A program made the position numbers and the translations under genes. The notes beneath the pieces are model-generated. The model saw nothing but the letters and a program-made list of their open reading frames with translations, had not been told where the DNA came from and searched no databases. DNA of 64,000 nucleotides, from NCBI GenBank assembly GCA_046300175.1, contig JBKCMS010000009.1, forward strand, positions 71 through 64,070. Direction: 5' to 3'. Source of the DNA: Pseudomonadota bacterium (GTDB lineage: Bacteria > Bdellovibrionota_C > UBA2361 > OMII01). Positions 46,753 through 56,720 of the stretch are shown here, piece by piece (position 1 is the first letter of the stretch; each line of letters begins with the position of its first letter).

Positions 46753-47262
46753 CTACTCGCTCTTAGCCTTCTTGGCTGTAGTTTTCTTTGCCGGAGCCTT
46801 CTTTGCTGGAGCCTCTTTCCCCTCAGCGCCCTGCGCTTGAGCCTTGTTTTTTGAAGCGGCCTTTTTGGCACTGTCCTTGACTTTCTTAGCTGGAGCCTGC
46901 TCACCTGCACGGTCAACCAACTCGATAATCGCCATCTCTGCTGCATCCCCGTTACGAATGCGCGTGCGAACGATACGAGTGTACCCGCCGTTTCTCCCTT
47001 TGCATCGTGGACCCACGTCTGCAAAAAGCTTGTGCACCACCGCCTTGTCAGTCAGGTAGCTGTATGCCTGACGACGTGCAGCCAATGTGTCGTTCTTTCC
47101 TAAGGTAATCAGTCTCTCGACTACCGGACGCAGCTCCTTTGCCTTTGGAACTGTTGTCTCAAAGCGCTCGTGCTTCAAGAACGACGTTGCCATATTGCGA
47201 AGCAATGCTCGCCTATGGCTTGTTGACCTACTTAACTGCCTAAGACCGTTACCGTGCCTCAT
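46753..47262 (-). CDS. rplQ: 50S ribosomal protein L17 with Lys/Ala-rich C-terminal tail
   Basis: [24 protein letters not shown]...[10 protein letters not shown]. 169 aa. Confidence 0.9.
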   Translation of the reverse strand: MRHGNGLRQLSRSTSHRRALLRNMATSFLKHERFETTVPKAKELRPVVERLITLGKNDTLAARRQAYSYLTDKAVVHKLFADVGPRCKGRNGGYTRIVRTRIRNGDAAEMAIIELVDRAGEQAPAKKVKDSAKKAASKNKAQAQGAEGKEAPAKKAPAKKTTAKKAKSE

Positions 47263-47279
47263 ACTACTTCCTCTTCCTC

Positions 47280-48296
47280 TTAGTGATCAGTGTGCTCCTT
47301 CATCGAGTCGAGATCGCGACGCGATGGGAACTCCTCCAACTTGAGTCCAAGAGAGAGACCCATCTCTGAGAGAATCTCCTTGATCTCGTTGAGTGACTTG
47401 CGGCCGAAGTTCTTGGTTCGAAGCATCTCTGCCTCTGTCCTCTGTACCAACTCACCGATATACTTGATGTCCGCGTTTTCAAGGCAGTTAGCCGATCGAA
47501 CACTGAGCTCAAGCTCATCAATGCGACGGAACAGATTGTCGTTCCAGCGCTTCGACGGCTCCTCGCTCTTAGGCTCCTCACGCTCAACGATCAGGTCCTG
47601 ACCGACGAAAATTCCGAGCTGGTCAACCAAGATGTGCGCTGCCTGAGCTACTGCCGACCGTGGATCGATACTGCCATTGGACCATATCTCCATCGTCAGT
47701 TTATCGTAGTCAGTACGCTGACCAACACGGGCGTTAGTTACCGCGAGATTCACTCGGCGGATCGGCGAGAAAATTGAATCGATAAAGATCGTCCCAACAG
47801 GGGCTCCCTCTACCTTGTTCTTGTCAGCCGGAACGTAACCGCGACCAACCTTAACAGTTACCTCCATGCGAAGGCTTGCACCTTCTCCCAGAGTCGCGAT
47901 AACCAACTCAGGGTTCAGCACAGCTACCGCCGGATCCCCTTGGAACATACCTGCCGTCACCTTACATGGCCCCTGAGCCTCAACGTGAAGGATGGCCTCC
48001 TCTTTATCTTCGAGACGCAGAACCACCTCTTTGAGGTTTAACGAAAGCTCTGTAACATCCTCAACGATACCCGGCATCGTCGAAAACTCGTGAGAAACAC
48101 CATCGATCCGGATCGACGTGATAGCCGCGCCCTGGAGTGACGACAACAACACCCGCCGAATCGCTGTGCCGATCGTCATTCCGAATCCACGCTCTAGTGG
48201 CTCGGCAACAAACTTACCGTAGCGACTATCAGCAGTAGCGCCTTCAACTTCAACTTTCTGTGGGCTGATTAAGTCCTTGAGACTGACCTTCTTCAT
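47280..48296 (-). CDS. rpoA: DNA-directed RNA polymerase alpha subunit
   Basis: [17 protein letters not shown] in the N-terminal domain. The C-terminal domain has [24 protein letters not shown]. Confidence 0.95.
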   Translation of the reverse strand: MKKVSLKDLISPQKVEVEGATADSRYGKFVAEPLERGFGMTIGTAIRRVLLSSLQGAAITSIRIDGVSHEFSTMPGIVEDVTELSLNLKEVVLRLEDKEEAILHVEAQGPCKVTAGMFQGDPAVAVLNPELVIATLGEGASLRMEVTVKVGRGYVPADKNKVEGAPVGTIFIDSIFSPIRRVNLAVTNARVGQRTDYDKLTMEIWSNGSIDPRSAVAQAAHILVDQLGIFVGQDLIVEREEPKSEEPSKRWNDNLFRRIDELELSVRSANCLENADIKYIGELVQRTEAEMLRTKNFGRKSLNEIKEILSEMGLSLGLKLEEFPSRRDLDSMKEHTDH

Positions 48297-48414
48297 GTCT
48301 CCCTTTCCTATTTTAATGTAAAGACCACCTTAACTATCTCGCCCCGCTCTCCCCTGCCACAGAGACCCCTACTAAGGGCTCCCTGCAGAGGAATACCAAG
48401 CGGAGCATCACCAA

Positions 48415-49041
48415 CTACCGTGAATACAATTCTACGATCAACTGCTCGCGGAACGTGGGTGGTAGCTGCTCTCTTGTTGGGAGAGAGTTAACCGTTCCAC
48501 GAACTGCTGCCTGATCGAGAGATAACCACTCAGGAATGATTCGCGACTTAGCCGCTTCCATCCCAGCAATTACGAGCGGGTTCTTCTTGCTCTTCTCTGC
48601 AACCTCTACCACGTCTCCTGCCGATACAGTAAAGGACGGAATCGAAACCCGCTTACCGTTAACGAGCACGTGCCCGTGGTTCACAATCTGACGCGCCTGA
48701 CGTCGTGAAGAGCCTAGCCCCAACCGATATACGACGTTGTCCAGACGACGCTCTAGGAGCACGAGCAACTCAGTACCAGTTACTCCCTTGGAGCTTGAAG
48801 CCCGCTCAAAATTGTCGCGGAACTTACCCTCTAGCAATCCATAGGACCTCTTTACCTTCTGCTTCTCACGCAGCTGGGTCTTAAAGTTCGACCAACTCTG
48901 GCGACCACGGCCGTGCTGTCCCGGACCTCCTTCGCGCTTCTCGACCGCACACTTGCCAGTGTAACAACGCTCGCCCTTAAGAAAGAGCTTCTCTCCCTCC
49001 CGGCGGCACAAGCGACAAACTGAACCACAATACCTTGCCAT
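48415..49041 (-). CDS. rpsD: 30S ribosomal protein S4
   Basis: MARYCGSVCRLCRREGEKLFLKGERC (zinc-ribbon type). Confidence 0.95.
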   Translation of the reverse strand: MARYCGSVCRLCRREGEKLFLKGERCYTGKCAVEKREGGPGQHGRGRQSWSNFKTQLREKQKVKRSYGLLEGKFRDNFERASSSKGVTGTELLVLLERRLDNVVYRLGLGSSRRQARQIVNHGHVLVNGKRVSIPSFTVSAGDVVEVAEKSKKNPLVIAGMEAAKSRIIPEWLSLDQAAVRGTVNSLPTREQLPPTFREQLIVELYSR

Positions 49042-49065
49042 GACTTTTGTCCTCTTCTCGAAAAA

Positions 49066-49467
49066 CTAAACTCGTCGACTCTTACGTGCCCGGCATCCGT
49101 TGTGCGGAACCGGAGTGATGTCCCTAATCAAGGTCACCTGCAGTCCTGCCAGGTGAAGCGCTCTGAGCGCCGATTCACGACCCGACCCTGGACCCTTAAT
49201 GCGAACACTAACCGTCCGGACACCAGCCTCCTTGGCCTTACGAGCCGCTGTATCTCCAGCGATCTGTGCCGCAAAGGGTGTCGACTTCCGAGAACCCTTA
49301 AAGCCATTCGCCCCCGAACTCGACGACGCGATTACATTCCCCGCAGGATCCGTAATCGTTACAATCGTATTGTTAAAGGTTGCATGTACGTGAGCGATCC
49401 CTACGGGAACGTTCTTTTTGACCTTCTTCTTCTTAGCTGCTACCGCAGCTGTGCGTGCCTCTGCCAC
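49066..49467 (-). CDS. rpsK: 30S ribosomal protein S11
   Basis: [22 protein letters not shown]...[14 protein letters not shown]. Confidence 0.95.
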   Translation of the reverse strand: MAEARTAAVAAKKKKVKKNVPVGIAHVHATFNNTIVTITDPAGNVIASSSSGANGFKGSRKSTPFAAQIAGDTAARKAKEAGVRTVSVRIKGPGSGRESALRALHLAGLQVTLIRDITPVPHNGCRARKSRRV

Positions 49468-49502
49468 AAACTACTCCTTACAAGCGTGTAGACAAACTTA
49501 AA

Positions 49503-49886
49503 TTAAGTCTTGGTTGCCGGTTTCTTACCAGTGATTGGTGCGCGACGTGGACCCTTCCTTGTTCGAGCATTGGTTCGTGTGCGCTGTCCACGAGCCGGAA
49601 GGTTCTTACGATGTCTGAGACCTCGATAGCACCCGAGATCCATCAACCGTTTGTGCGACGCTTGGAGCTCTCGACGCAAGTCTCCCTCCACCTTTTCGCG
49701 GCGCTCGATGATCTTACGAATCTTATCAACCTGCTCCTCGGTGAGATTATCTGTACGAACACTCTCCTCGATGCCGGCCTCGGCTAAAATCTGCTTCGAC
49801 TTGGTCATCCCAATACCGAAGATATATGTTAGGCCGCGGATGACTCTCTTGTTTCGCGGAAGGTCAACTCCTGCAATACGTGGCAT
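49503..49886 (-). CDS. rpsM: 30S ribosomal protein S13
   Basis: [26 protein letters not shown]. Confidence 0.95.
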   Translation of the reverse strand: MPRIAGVDLPRNKRVIRGLTYIFGIGMTKSKQILAEAGIEESVRTDNLTEEQVDKIRKIIERREKVEGDLRRELQASHKRLMDLGCYRGLRHRKNLPARGQRTRTNARTRKGPRRAPITGKKPATKT

Positions 49887-49922
49887 GTCTTAAACTCCTT
49901 ACTCCTTACTCCCTACGACGAC

Positions 49923-50039
49923 CTAGCCTTGGCGTTGCTTATGCTTAGGCGTGCGACTGCAGAAGACAAATACTTTGCCTTTGCGCTTAATGACTTTGCA
50001 ATAGCCACAAATGGGCTTTACCGACGCTCGGACCTTCAC
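49923..50039 (-). CDS. rpmJ: 50S ribosomal protein L36 (not in the ORF track; 38 aa)
   Basis: Hand translation gives (GTG)[44 protein letters not shown] sits 4 nt upstream of the GTG. Confidence 0.85.
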   Translation of the reverse strand: MKVRASVKPICGYCKVIKRKGKVFVFCSRTPKHKQRQG

Positions 50040-50453
50040 AACTTCCTCACTATAAATTTCGTACTTTCACCCTGCTATTCTCACACCCGTTATCCATGAC
50101 TCGGACCCGGTTGCATAATAACAGGAAAGGTATTCCTGAAAGGTTTTTAGAAACCCACAAAGGACGCCAGATTCTACATATTTTATGGGACTTTACAACC
50201 CCTGGGCCTAATAAATGCCTCTTAAGCCACCTTTTATCCCAAAAAACAGGCATGTAGCAACTACGCAAGTAAGGCTAACACACATAGGATTGCTAACTTT
50301 TTGGAAGCTCCACCCAGGCAGCACCAGGATCACCGCTGAAAATAATTAGGCTATGGTTAGCTTAGTCGCCTGCAGCATTGCAGGGACCGCCATATCACCG
50401 GCTTAGGTAATATTTTCAATAGCTTAACTGTCAACAAGCGAAAGATGAAAAGC

Positions 50454-51188
50454 CTACCAGCGAAAGGTTTTTTCCGGCTTAGGTATCTCGATGTAGCGAA
50501 TTCCACCGTGTCCCCCGTCTTTGTTGTCCACAAGAGTAGCCTTGATCAGCGCACCCTCAGGTAGATTCCGCCCAGACTTATTGAATCTGTACCTGGGGCG
50601 TCCGTCGGTGCCGACCTTTTCCAACTTCCCGGTGGCGAGAACTGTGCTCCCATCTGCTGAGAGTATCTCGATACTCTTTATTTTATCCTTTAACTCTCTG
50701 CGTAGGTCCACATACCCGTTTTGGCTAGCTCCTCCGGCGTGCCACTCCGATCTTCCGGTGTACTCAAATATCTTAGCCCAGGAAGGAATTAAGGATGGAG
50801 TCGGCCCTTGTGTTTCGGGAGCTATCGGCTTTGACTGCTCATGCTCCGGAGCAATCTGGTTTGACCCTCTGGGTGTCTGTGATGGTGGTGGTGGTGATGG
50901 TGTACGCTGGACAGGCTGCGGTGGTGCCTCCCACATAGTTGTCACCGAATTGAGAAAATTCACGACCCCCTTGATAGCTGCATTAGCCATAGTCCACGGA
51001 GATACCATCCCGGTTGCGCCAATCGTTCCGCCAGGCGAAGCGACCACTGACGGACTCTGCTTTGCGTTAGCGATCTCTCCTAGAGTCGATTCCGATCCTG
51101 ACTTATGGTTGTATACTGTCACGCCGATAGATCGCTGCTGAGCTTCATCTTTTATCGGTAATTTCGCGTGAAAATTCTGTATCTCCAT
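50454..51188 (-). CDS. Hypothetical protein (244 aa) with central Pro-rich linker
   Basis: The minus-strand ORF has protein-like composition, unlike its plus-strand mirror. No signal peptide or known motif seen. Confidence 0.45.
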   Translation of the reverse strand: MEIQNFHAKLPIKDEAQQRSIGVTVYNHKSGSESTLGEIANAKQSPSVVASPGGTIGATGMVSPWTMANAAIKGVVNFLNSVTTMWEAPPQPVQRTPSPPPPSQTPRGSNQIAPEHEQSKPIAPETQGPTPSLIPSWAKIFEYTGRSEWHAGGASQNGYVDLRRELKDKIKSIEILSADGSTVLATGKLEKVGTDGRPRYRFNKSGRNLPEGALIKATLVDNKDGGHGGIRYIEIPKPEKTFRW

Positions 51189-51334
51189 ACGGCCCCATTC
51201 CTACCTAGTCAAATCAACTAAACCTAAACGACACAGCGTCATTAGGCATTCGCGCCAGCGCCAGACCCGCAACTACTCTTGGAGCCTTAGGCTAGTTTTA
51301 TAAGAATGTTCGGCGAAAAGAAAAAAAAGTTGCG

Positions 51335-52399
51335 TCAGCGTTTACCAGCTGCATGCCAAATATCTACGGGTCGCCCCTTCTCCAGAGCTGAGCGGCTTAA
51401 GGCCTCCAATATGGCAACCACATCGGCCCCAAGGCGCCCGTCGGTAATCGGTGTTGTGCTGTGCTTCACACAATCAAGAAAATGCGCGCATTCATTGACC
51501 AAAGGTTCTCCGGTTGTGATATCAGGCTCAATCACCTGCCCCTCACGGATCGACATGCGAAAGCTATTAAAAGTATCAGCGTATTCGTCGGGCTTGCTAA
51601 CGGTTACTCCCTTGTCAAAAACCTTGATCGGCTTCTCCGGCCGCATATCGTCAAAGATCAACATCTTGCGATCCCCAACTATAGTTACTTCGCGCTTCTT
51701 CTGCGGGTCGAGCCAGCTAACAAAAAAGGTTGCCACTCGGTTGCCCGGATAAAGCAAGCTGCCCTGAGCGATATCTTCAACTGAACGTCCCAGCAAACTG
51801 TAAGCCGAACAGGTTACCTGCATCGGCAAGGCTTTAAATACGTAGTTGAAGATCGAGATGTCGTGCGAAGCCAGGTCCCAGAGAGCATTAACATCCGATC
51901 TGATCGGCCCAAGATTTGTGCGTAGTGCATGAATATAAAACAGATTGCCAAGATCGCCCCGCTGCACCATTTCTGAAACATGTTGGACCGCCTGATTGAA
52001 AAGGAAAACATGCCCTGTCATTAGTGTGCGCCCCATCTGCTCGGCTTTGCGGCACAGCTCCTGGGCTGCCTGAGAACTGTCTGCGAGAGGCTTTTCTATG
52101 AATACGTGTTTCCCTGCATCAAGGGCCTGCATCCCTAGCTGATAGTGTGCGCCGGTTGGTACCGCTATCACTACGGCATCAAAATTGTACCTCGTTAGGC
52201 AGGCCTCAAAAGTCGATTCTAGTGGTAATCCCGGTATGCGTTCAGCAATCAATTTTCGCCGATCCTCTGAGGGGTCGGCTGCCACTACCACCTTTGCATT
52301 AGGATAACGCTCTATCGCTCGAACAAGATTCGGGCCCCAATGCCCAAGTCCGACGACGCAAACACCCAACTGCGCTTCACCTGCTGATGTAATAGTCAT
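51335..52399 (-). CDS. Gfo/Idh/MocA family NAD(P)-dependent oxidoreductase
   Basis: N-terminal VCVVGLGHWGPNLVRA, then AADP and EKPLA motifs. 354 aa. Confidence 0.8.
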   Translation of the reverse strand: MTITSAGEAQLGVCVVGLGHWGPNLVRAIERYPNAKVVVAADPSEDRRKLIAERIPGLPLESTFEACLTRYNFDAVVIAVPTGAHYQLGMQALDAGKHVFIEKPLADSSQAAQELCRKAEQMGRTLMTGHVFLFNQAVQHVSEMVQRGDLGNLFYIHALRTNLGPIRSDVNALWDLASHDISIFNYVFKALPMQVTCSAYSLLGRSVEDIAQGSLLYPGNRVATFFVSWLDPQKKREVTIVGDRKMLIFDDMRPEKPIKVFDKGVTVSKPDEYADTFNSFRMSIREGQVIEPDITTGEPLVNECAHFLDCVKHSTTPITDGRLGADVVAILEALSRSALEKGRPVDIWHAAGKR

Positions 52400-52447
52400 A
52401 GCCTTGCCGACGCTCCACGTAGTAAATCTCTGTCGATCATCCTCTTC

Positions 52448-53158
52448 CTACTCAACCAGTCTGAAAGACCCACTCCATTCCATTCCTGGACGACGTCCCT
52501 GCGCTCCTACTTTAGCCTGCTGAAGACAAATAGTAGTAAAGTGCTGTGCAAACAAACCCGCAAGTTCGCTTTCGGTGGTTGCAAACGGCGGCCCTGAGCC
52601 CTCTTTGGTGAGTGACAGTCCCGGCAGCTCCCGAGCCTCTTGCTCACTGAGCACAAAGAAGTTTCCTACCAAGTAGCCCCCTGGCTTTAGCCATCGTAAA
52701 ATTGCGGACACGTACTCTGGCCGTCTTGAAGGATCAATCGCGCAGAAGAAGGTATGCTCAACCACGATATCAACCGGCTCGTGGGCGACCGAGAAAAAGT
52801 CCCCGTGCACCACACGCACACTACCTAAGCTATCCTTTAGATCGTGCCCTGCCAACCGAGAATTAAGTTGATCGCAGGCGTATTGCGCCCAATCAACGGC
52901 CACTACCGACGCACCCCTGCTGGCCAGCTCCATGGCATCGGCCCCGGTCCCACAGCCTGGTACTAAAATGGTCAGGCCACGGAGGTCTAACTCATCTCCA
53001 ACTACGCCCTTCAACGACTCAATCAGAACACACGAGGGCCCGTGCAGCTCCCACGGAGTATTACCGGCAGCGAATCGCTGCTCCCAATACTCCGCATCTC
53101 GTGAGAGCCCGGCATCAGGCAGATTCCAGTTTCCACCGCGAGAATTCACAACCTGCAA
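52448..53158 (-). CDS. SAM-dependent methyltransferase, TPMT-like
   Basis: YWEQRFAAGNTPWELHGPS plus SAM motif I ILVPGCGTGADAMELASRG. Confidence 0.65.
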   Translation of the reverse strand: MQVVNSRGGNWNLPDAGLSRDAEYWEQRFAAGNTPWELHGPSCVLIESLKGVVGDELDLRGLTILVPGCGTGADAMELASRGASVVAVDWAQYACDQLNSRLAGHDLKDSLGSVRVVHGDFFSVAHEPVDIVVEHTFFCAIDPSRRPEYVSAILRWLKPGGYLVGNFFVLSEQEARELPGLSLTKEGSGPPFATTESELAGLFAQHFTTICLQQAKVGAQGRRPGMEWSGSFRLVE

Positions 53159-53169
53159 CCGGGCTGATA

Positions 53170-53610
53170 TTAGCGCCTAGAAACACATCCGAGTCCGCTG
53201 GGCAGCCGCATGTCGCGACATCCTCTACGACGCTCATCCGGAGTGCATTTCCTCTCGCTTGGGCTGAATCCAGACGGGCATCTATCCGCACTCGGCGCTG
53301 GGCGAGTATAGGATGGGGGCACAGGTTGCCGGTTACGCTCCTGCTCCAAGCGCCGTCGCTCCTGCTCTAGCCTATCACGCTCACGTTCCACATCGCGACG
53401 TTCGCGGCGGTAGGGGTCGCCGTAGTATCCACCGCCTCCTCCATAGTATGGAGCGCCTCCGTAGTACGGGGCTGGCGGTGGTGGTGTGGTATAGCCGCCT
53501 CCGTACCGATATGGATCGTTTAGGTTGGCACATCCCACTGCAGCCACCCCGATCACGCACGATAAAGCCGACAAAACCAATGACCTTAGACTAGACCTAT
53601 TTTTACTCAT
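53170..53610 (-). CDS. Low-complexity lipoprotein (Gly/Tyr/Pro-rich then Arg/Glu-rich)
   Basis: ATG 53610 gives MSKNRSSLRSLVLSALSCVIGVAAVGC|AN. It continues YGGGYTTPPPPAPYYGGAPYYGGGGGYYGDPY, RRERRDVERERDRLEQERRRLEQERNR, then a Cys-containing tail. Confidence 0.45.
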   Translation of the reverse strand: MSKNRSSLRSLVLSALSCVIGVAAVGCANLNDPYRYGGGYTTPPPPAPYYGGAPYYGGGGGYYGDPYRRERRDVERERDRLEQERRRLEQERNRQPVPPSYTRPAPSADRCPSGFSPSERKCTPDERRRGCRDMRLPSGLGCVSRR

Positions 53611-53786
53611 GACTTGATCCACCACGTCTGTTTGCTTACACAAAATTCTTACTTACACCCAAATATCAATAGGATCACCAACGCTAATGCAAGCCTATTT
53701 TTGAGACCAGCTCTAGCGAAGACCGCCCCTATATTCAATCACAGCTACCAAATTGCGCAATAAAAATCAGCTATTCCCTGCCGGTT

Positions 53787-56408
53787 TTATCCCTTAGAAA
53801 GCACAACCTCGACGTTAAAGCGACTTCCCGGCTGACCCTCTGTCTCTACTAGTTTTGTTCCACCGTCTAGGACGCTGCCTGCACGGACAACGTCGTCAAG
53901 AACGGAGCTAAGCAGCTCTAAGTCTGCGCTGGATGCCTTCACTGTAAGCGCATCAACGCCCCAACGTTGCCCCTTCTGAGCACTCGTTTTACTTCCACGA
54001 ATGACCGATACAACCTCCGTAGCGGCCACGAGAGCCTGAGGTTCCCCTGTGATGCCCGCTACCTCTGCTACATCGGGCCAGGCAGTGGTGTGCACGGAAG
54101 CGTCTTGCCCCGCTCCTGCAAAGCGCCAAGACCAGACCTCTTCAGTGACGTAGGGCATAAAAGGTGCAAAGAGCCGAATAAATGTTTTAAGACACCAGAA
54201 CAGGGCTGACTGTGCTGACGATCGTCCGGCTAGATCCGCTTCGTTATACGAGCGAGTCTTCACGAGCTCCACGTAATGATCACAGAAATGCCAGAAGTTC
54301 TCCTCCGTGATTTGTAGCGCCAGCGCATAATCAAAACGCTTAAAAGCCTCAGTGGCTTGCCGAACCACATCTGCCAAGGTCACTACCATCGCTCGATCTA
54401 GCGGGTGCTTGATCGCCTCCACTCCCGGCACTTGCTCCATCAGCTGCATCAGAACAAAGCGACTGGCGTTAAATAGTTTCACAACTAACTTACTACCGAT
54501 CTTAAAGACTGCCGGATCACAGGCAGTGTCGGAACCGAGCCGAGCGCGCCCTGCCCAGTACCGCACCGCATCCGACGAATACTCCGCCAGCAATGCTTCC
54601 GGTGTAACCACGTTACCTTTGGACTTACTCATCTTTTTTCGTTCTGGGTCGAGCACCCAGCCAGAGATGACTATATTCCGCCACGGAATCTCGTTCTCAT
54701 GCATCCACGCTTTAACGATCGTGCTAAAAGCCCAGGTGCGAATTATCTCATGGGCCTGCGGTCGGATATCCATTGGAAAGAGCTTTGCATGCTGAGCCGG
54801 ATTAAGCTCCCACTGGCTCTGAATCTGAGGGGTCATCGACGATGTCGCCCACGTATCCATTACGTCTGGATCTCCTGCAAAACCTCCCGGCTTGTTGCGC
54901 TGACTCTCCGTATAGCCTGGTGGAACATCACTTGACGGATCAACCGGCAACACATCACGCGACGCTACTATCGGCTTGCTGTATTGAACCTCTCCTTCCC
55001 GATCGATCGGGTACCACACTGGAAATGGCACCCCGAAAAACCGTTGGCGACTGATGCACCAATCGGTATTGAGACCCTCTACCCAGTTTTCATATCTGAG
55101 CCGCATGTACTCCGGGTGCCATTGAATTTTGCGACCTTGCTCGATCAGCGCATCCTTGTGCTCAATTGTGCGGATGAACCATTGCCGTGTTGTAATGAAC
55201 TCTATCGGCCGGTCTCCCTTTTCATAAAATTTAACGGCGTGAGATATAGCTCGTGGCTCGCCCTGCAACGCAACCGAAACACCATCGGCAGCACTTCCCG
55301 GCTGCGCCAAGAGCTCGGCAATGACTTTCTTAGCCTTACGAGTATCGAGCCCCACAAGCTTATTGTAGCTCTTCTGGGCCAAGTGCGGCTTGAGTGACTC
55401 AAAGGGAGCAATACCAAACTCAATCTCGCGCATTGTACCCTTCGCAGAGATAATTGGCTTAGCAGGCTGCCCAGAGCGCTTCCACCACTCAACGTCCTGA
55501 GCATCACCGAAGGTGCATACCATCAAAATTCCGGACCCTTTCTCCGGGTCTGCATGCTCAGAAGCTAGAATCGGCACCCTACCGTGAAAAAGAGGAGTCA
55601 CCGCATATTTTCCGAAAAGAGGCTTGTAACGGCTATCATCTGGGTGGGCAACTACTGCTATGCACGCTGGCAACAACTCTGGTCTGGTTGTCGCTATAGT
55701 AAAAGAACCTCCACCCTCTACACCAAACTGGATATCGTGAAAGACTCCAGGGACCTCGCGATCTTCGATCTCTGCCTGCGCAACTGCGGTCTTGAAATCC
55801 ACGTCCCACATGGTTGGAGCTTCTACGCTATAGACCTGCTTTTTCTCAACCAGATCGATAAAAGAAAGCTGCGAAATGCGCGTGCAATGCTTGCCTACGG
55901 TGGAATAGGTGCGGGACCAATCAATCGAAAGTCCAAGCTGTTTCCACAGATCTTCAAAGACCTTCTCGTCTTCCAATGTGAGTTGTTCGCAAGCCTCAAC
56001 AAAGTTCTTCCGCGAAATCTCCAGAGCAGGCTTCTTATCTTTACTGTTACTATCGGCTTTGGTTGGAGCCCAGCTTGGATCGTAGGCTATAGTCGGGTTG
56101 CATCTGATATTGTAAACGTTCTGCACCCGCCGCTCTGTCGGCAGCCCATTGTCATCCCATCCCATCGGATAAGATATATTTTTTCCGCGCATCCGCTGAA
56201 AGCGAGCAATCACATCGGTCTGGGTGTAGCTGAAAACGTGCCCTAGGTGAAGCGACCCAGATACGGTTGGAGGCGGTGTATCAACCACAAAGTTATGCTC
56301 TCGTGATTTGGTCGAGTCCCAACGATACACTTTGGACGCTTCCCATATCTCCATCCATCTTTTTTCGACACTTGCATGGTCGTATTTCTCGGGTATCTCT
56401 CTCTTCAT
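53787..56408 (-). CDS. valS: Valyl-tRNA synthetase
   Basis: HIGH region SGSLHLGHVFSY, KMSKS region KKMSKSKGNVV, and an editing domain. ATG 56408 follows GAAGGTG; the ORF-track GTG at 56423 lacks an SD. Confidence 0.9.
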   Translation of the reverse strand: MKREIPEKYDHASVEKRWMEIWEASKVYRWDSTKSREHNFVVDTPPPTVSGSLHLGHVFSYTQTDVIARFQRMRGKNISYPMGWDDNGLPTERRVQNVYNIRCNPTIAYDPSWAPTKADSNSKDKKPALEISRKNFVEACEQLTLEDEKVFEDLWKQLGLSIDWSRTYSTVGKHCTRISQLSFIDLVEKKQVYSVEAPTMWDVDFKTAVAQAEIEDREVPGVFHDIQFGVEGGGSFTIATTRPELLPACIAVVAHPDDSRYKPLFGKYAVTPLFHGRVPILASEHADPEKGSGILMVCTFGDAQDVEWWKRSGQPAKPIISAKGTMREIEFGIAPFESLKPHLAQKSYNKLVGLDTRKAKKVIAELLAQPGSAADGVSVALQGEPRAISHAVKFYEKGDRPIEFITTRQWFIRTIEHKDALIEQGRKIQWHPEYMRLRYENWVEGLNTDWCISRQRFFGVPFPVWYPIDREGEVQYSKPIVASRDVLPVDPSSDVPPGYTESQRNKPGGFAGDPDVMDTWATSSMTPQIQSQWELNPAQHAKLFPMDIRPQAHEIIRTWAFSTIVKAWMHENEIPWRNIVISGWVLDPERKKMSKSKGNVVTPEALLAEYSSDAVRYWAGRARLGSDTACDPAVFKIGSKLVVKLFNASRFVLMQLMEQVPGVEAIKHPLDRAMVVTLADVVRQATEAFKRFDYALALQITEENFWHFCDHYVELVKTRSYNEADLAGRSSAQSALFWCLKTFIRLFAPFMPYVTEEVWSWRFAGAGQDASVHTTAWPDVAEVAGITGEPQALVAATEVVSVIRGSKTSAQKGQRWGVDALTVKASSADLELLSSVLDDVVRAGSVLDGGTKLVETEGQPGSRFNVEVVLSKG

Positions 56409-56720
56409 CGCCAGCACCTTCACCCTAGAGAGGGCAGATGCGTCATCTTAAGACCTGCAACTGCTCTTTTTAGGTTCACTCACATGTTGAGCTAGATTCA
56501 CCCAAAATATCTGAAATATCAAGGCTGTAAAGAATGGCCTCTAATCCGTATTTTTCACGAAGCTCGCTACGCTCGCCGTGAAAAATGTGCGGAAACAGGC
56601 CGTCCCTGGCCTGTTTCCTTATCGCCTACAGTTTGTGTGGGACCCATAGTGCCCACACAAACTGCAGGCTCCAAATTCCTGCGCTGCGCTTGGAGAATTT
56701 GCAAGTGCATCCATGCACTT

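Noticed and set aside
50521-51141. 206-aa plus-strand ORF mirroring 50454-51188.
   Set aside because: It is a shadow ORF of the Pro-rich gene on the minus strand, with implausible composition (Gly/Cys/Pro runs such as GVCDGGGGDGVRWTGCGG).
56424-56720. A T-box leader controlling valS.
   Set aside because: I could find no T-box sequence (AANNNGGGUGGNACCGCG) or specifier-loop/AGAGA features by eye on the valS sense strand. The hairpins are perfect palindromes rather than conserved riboswitch helices.
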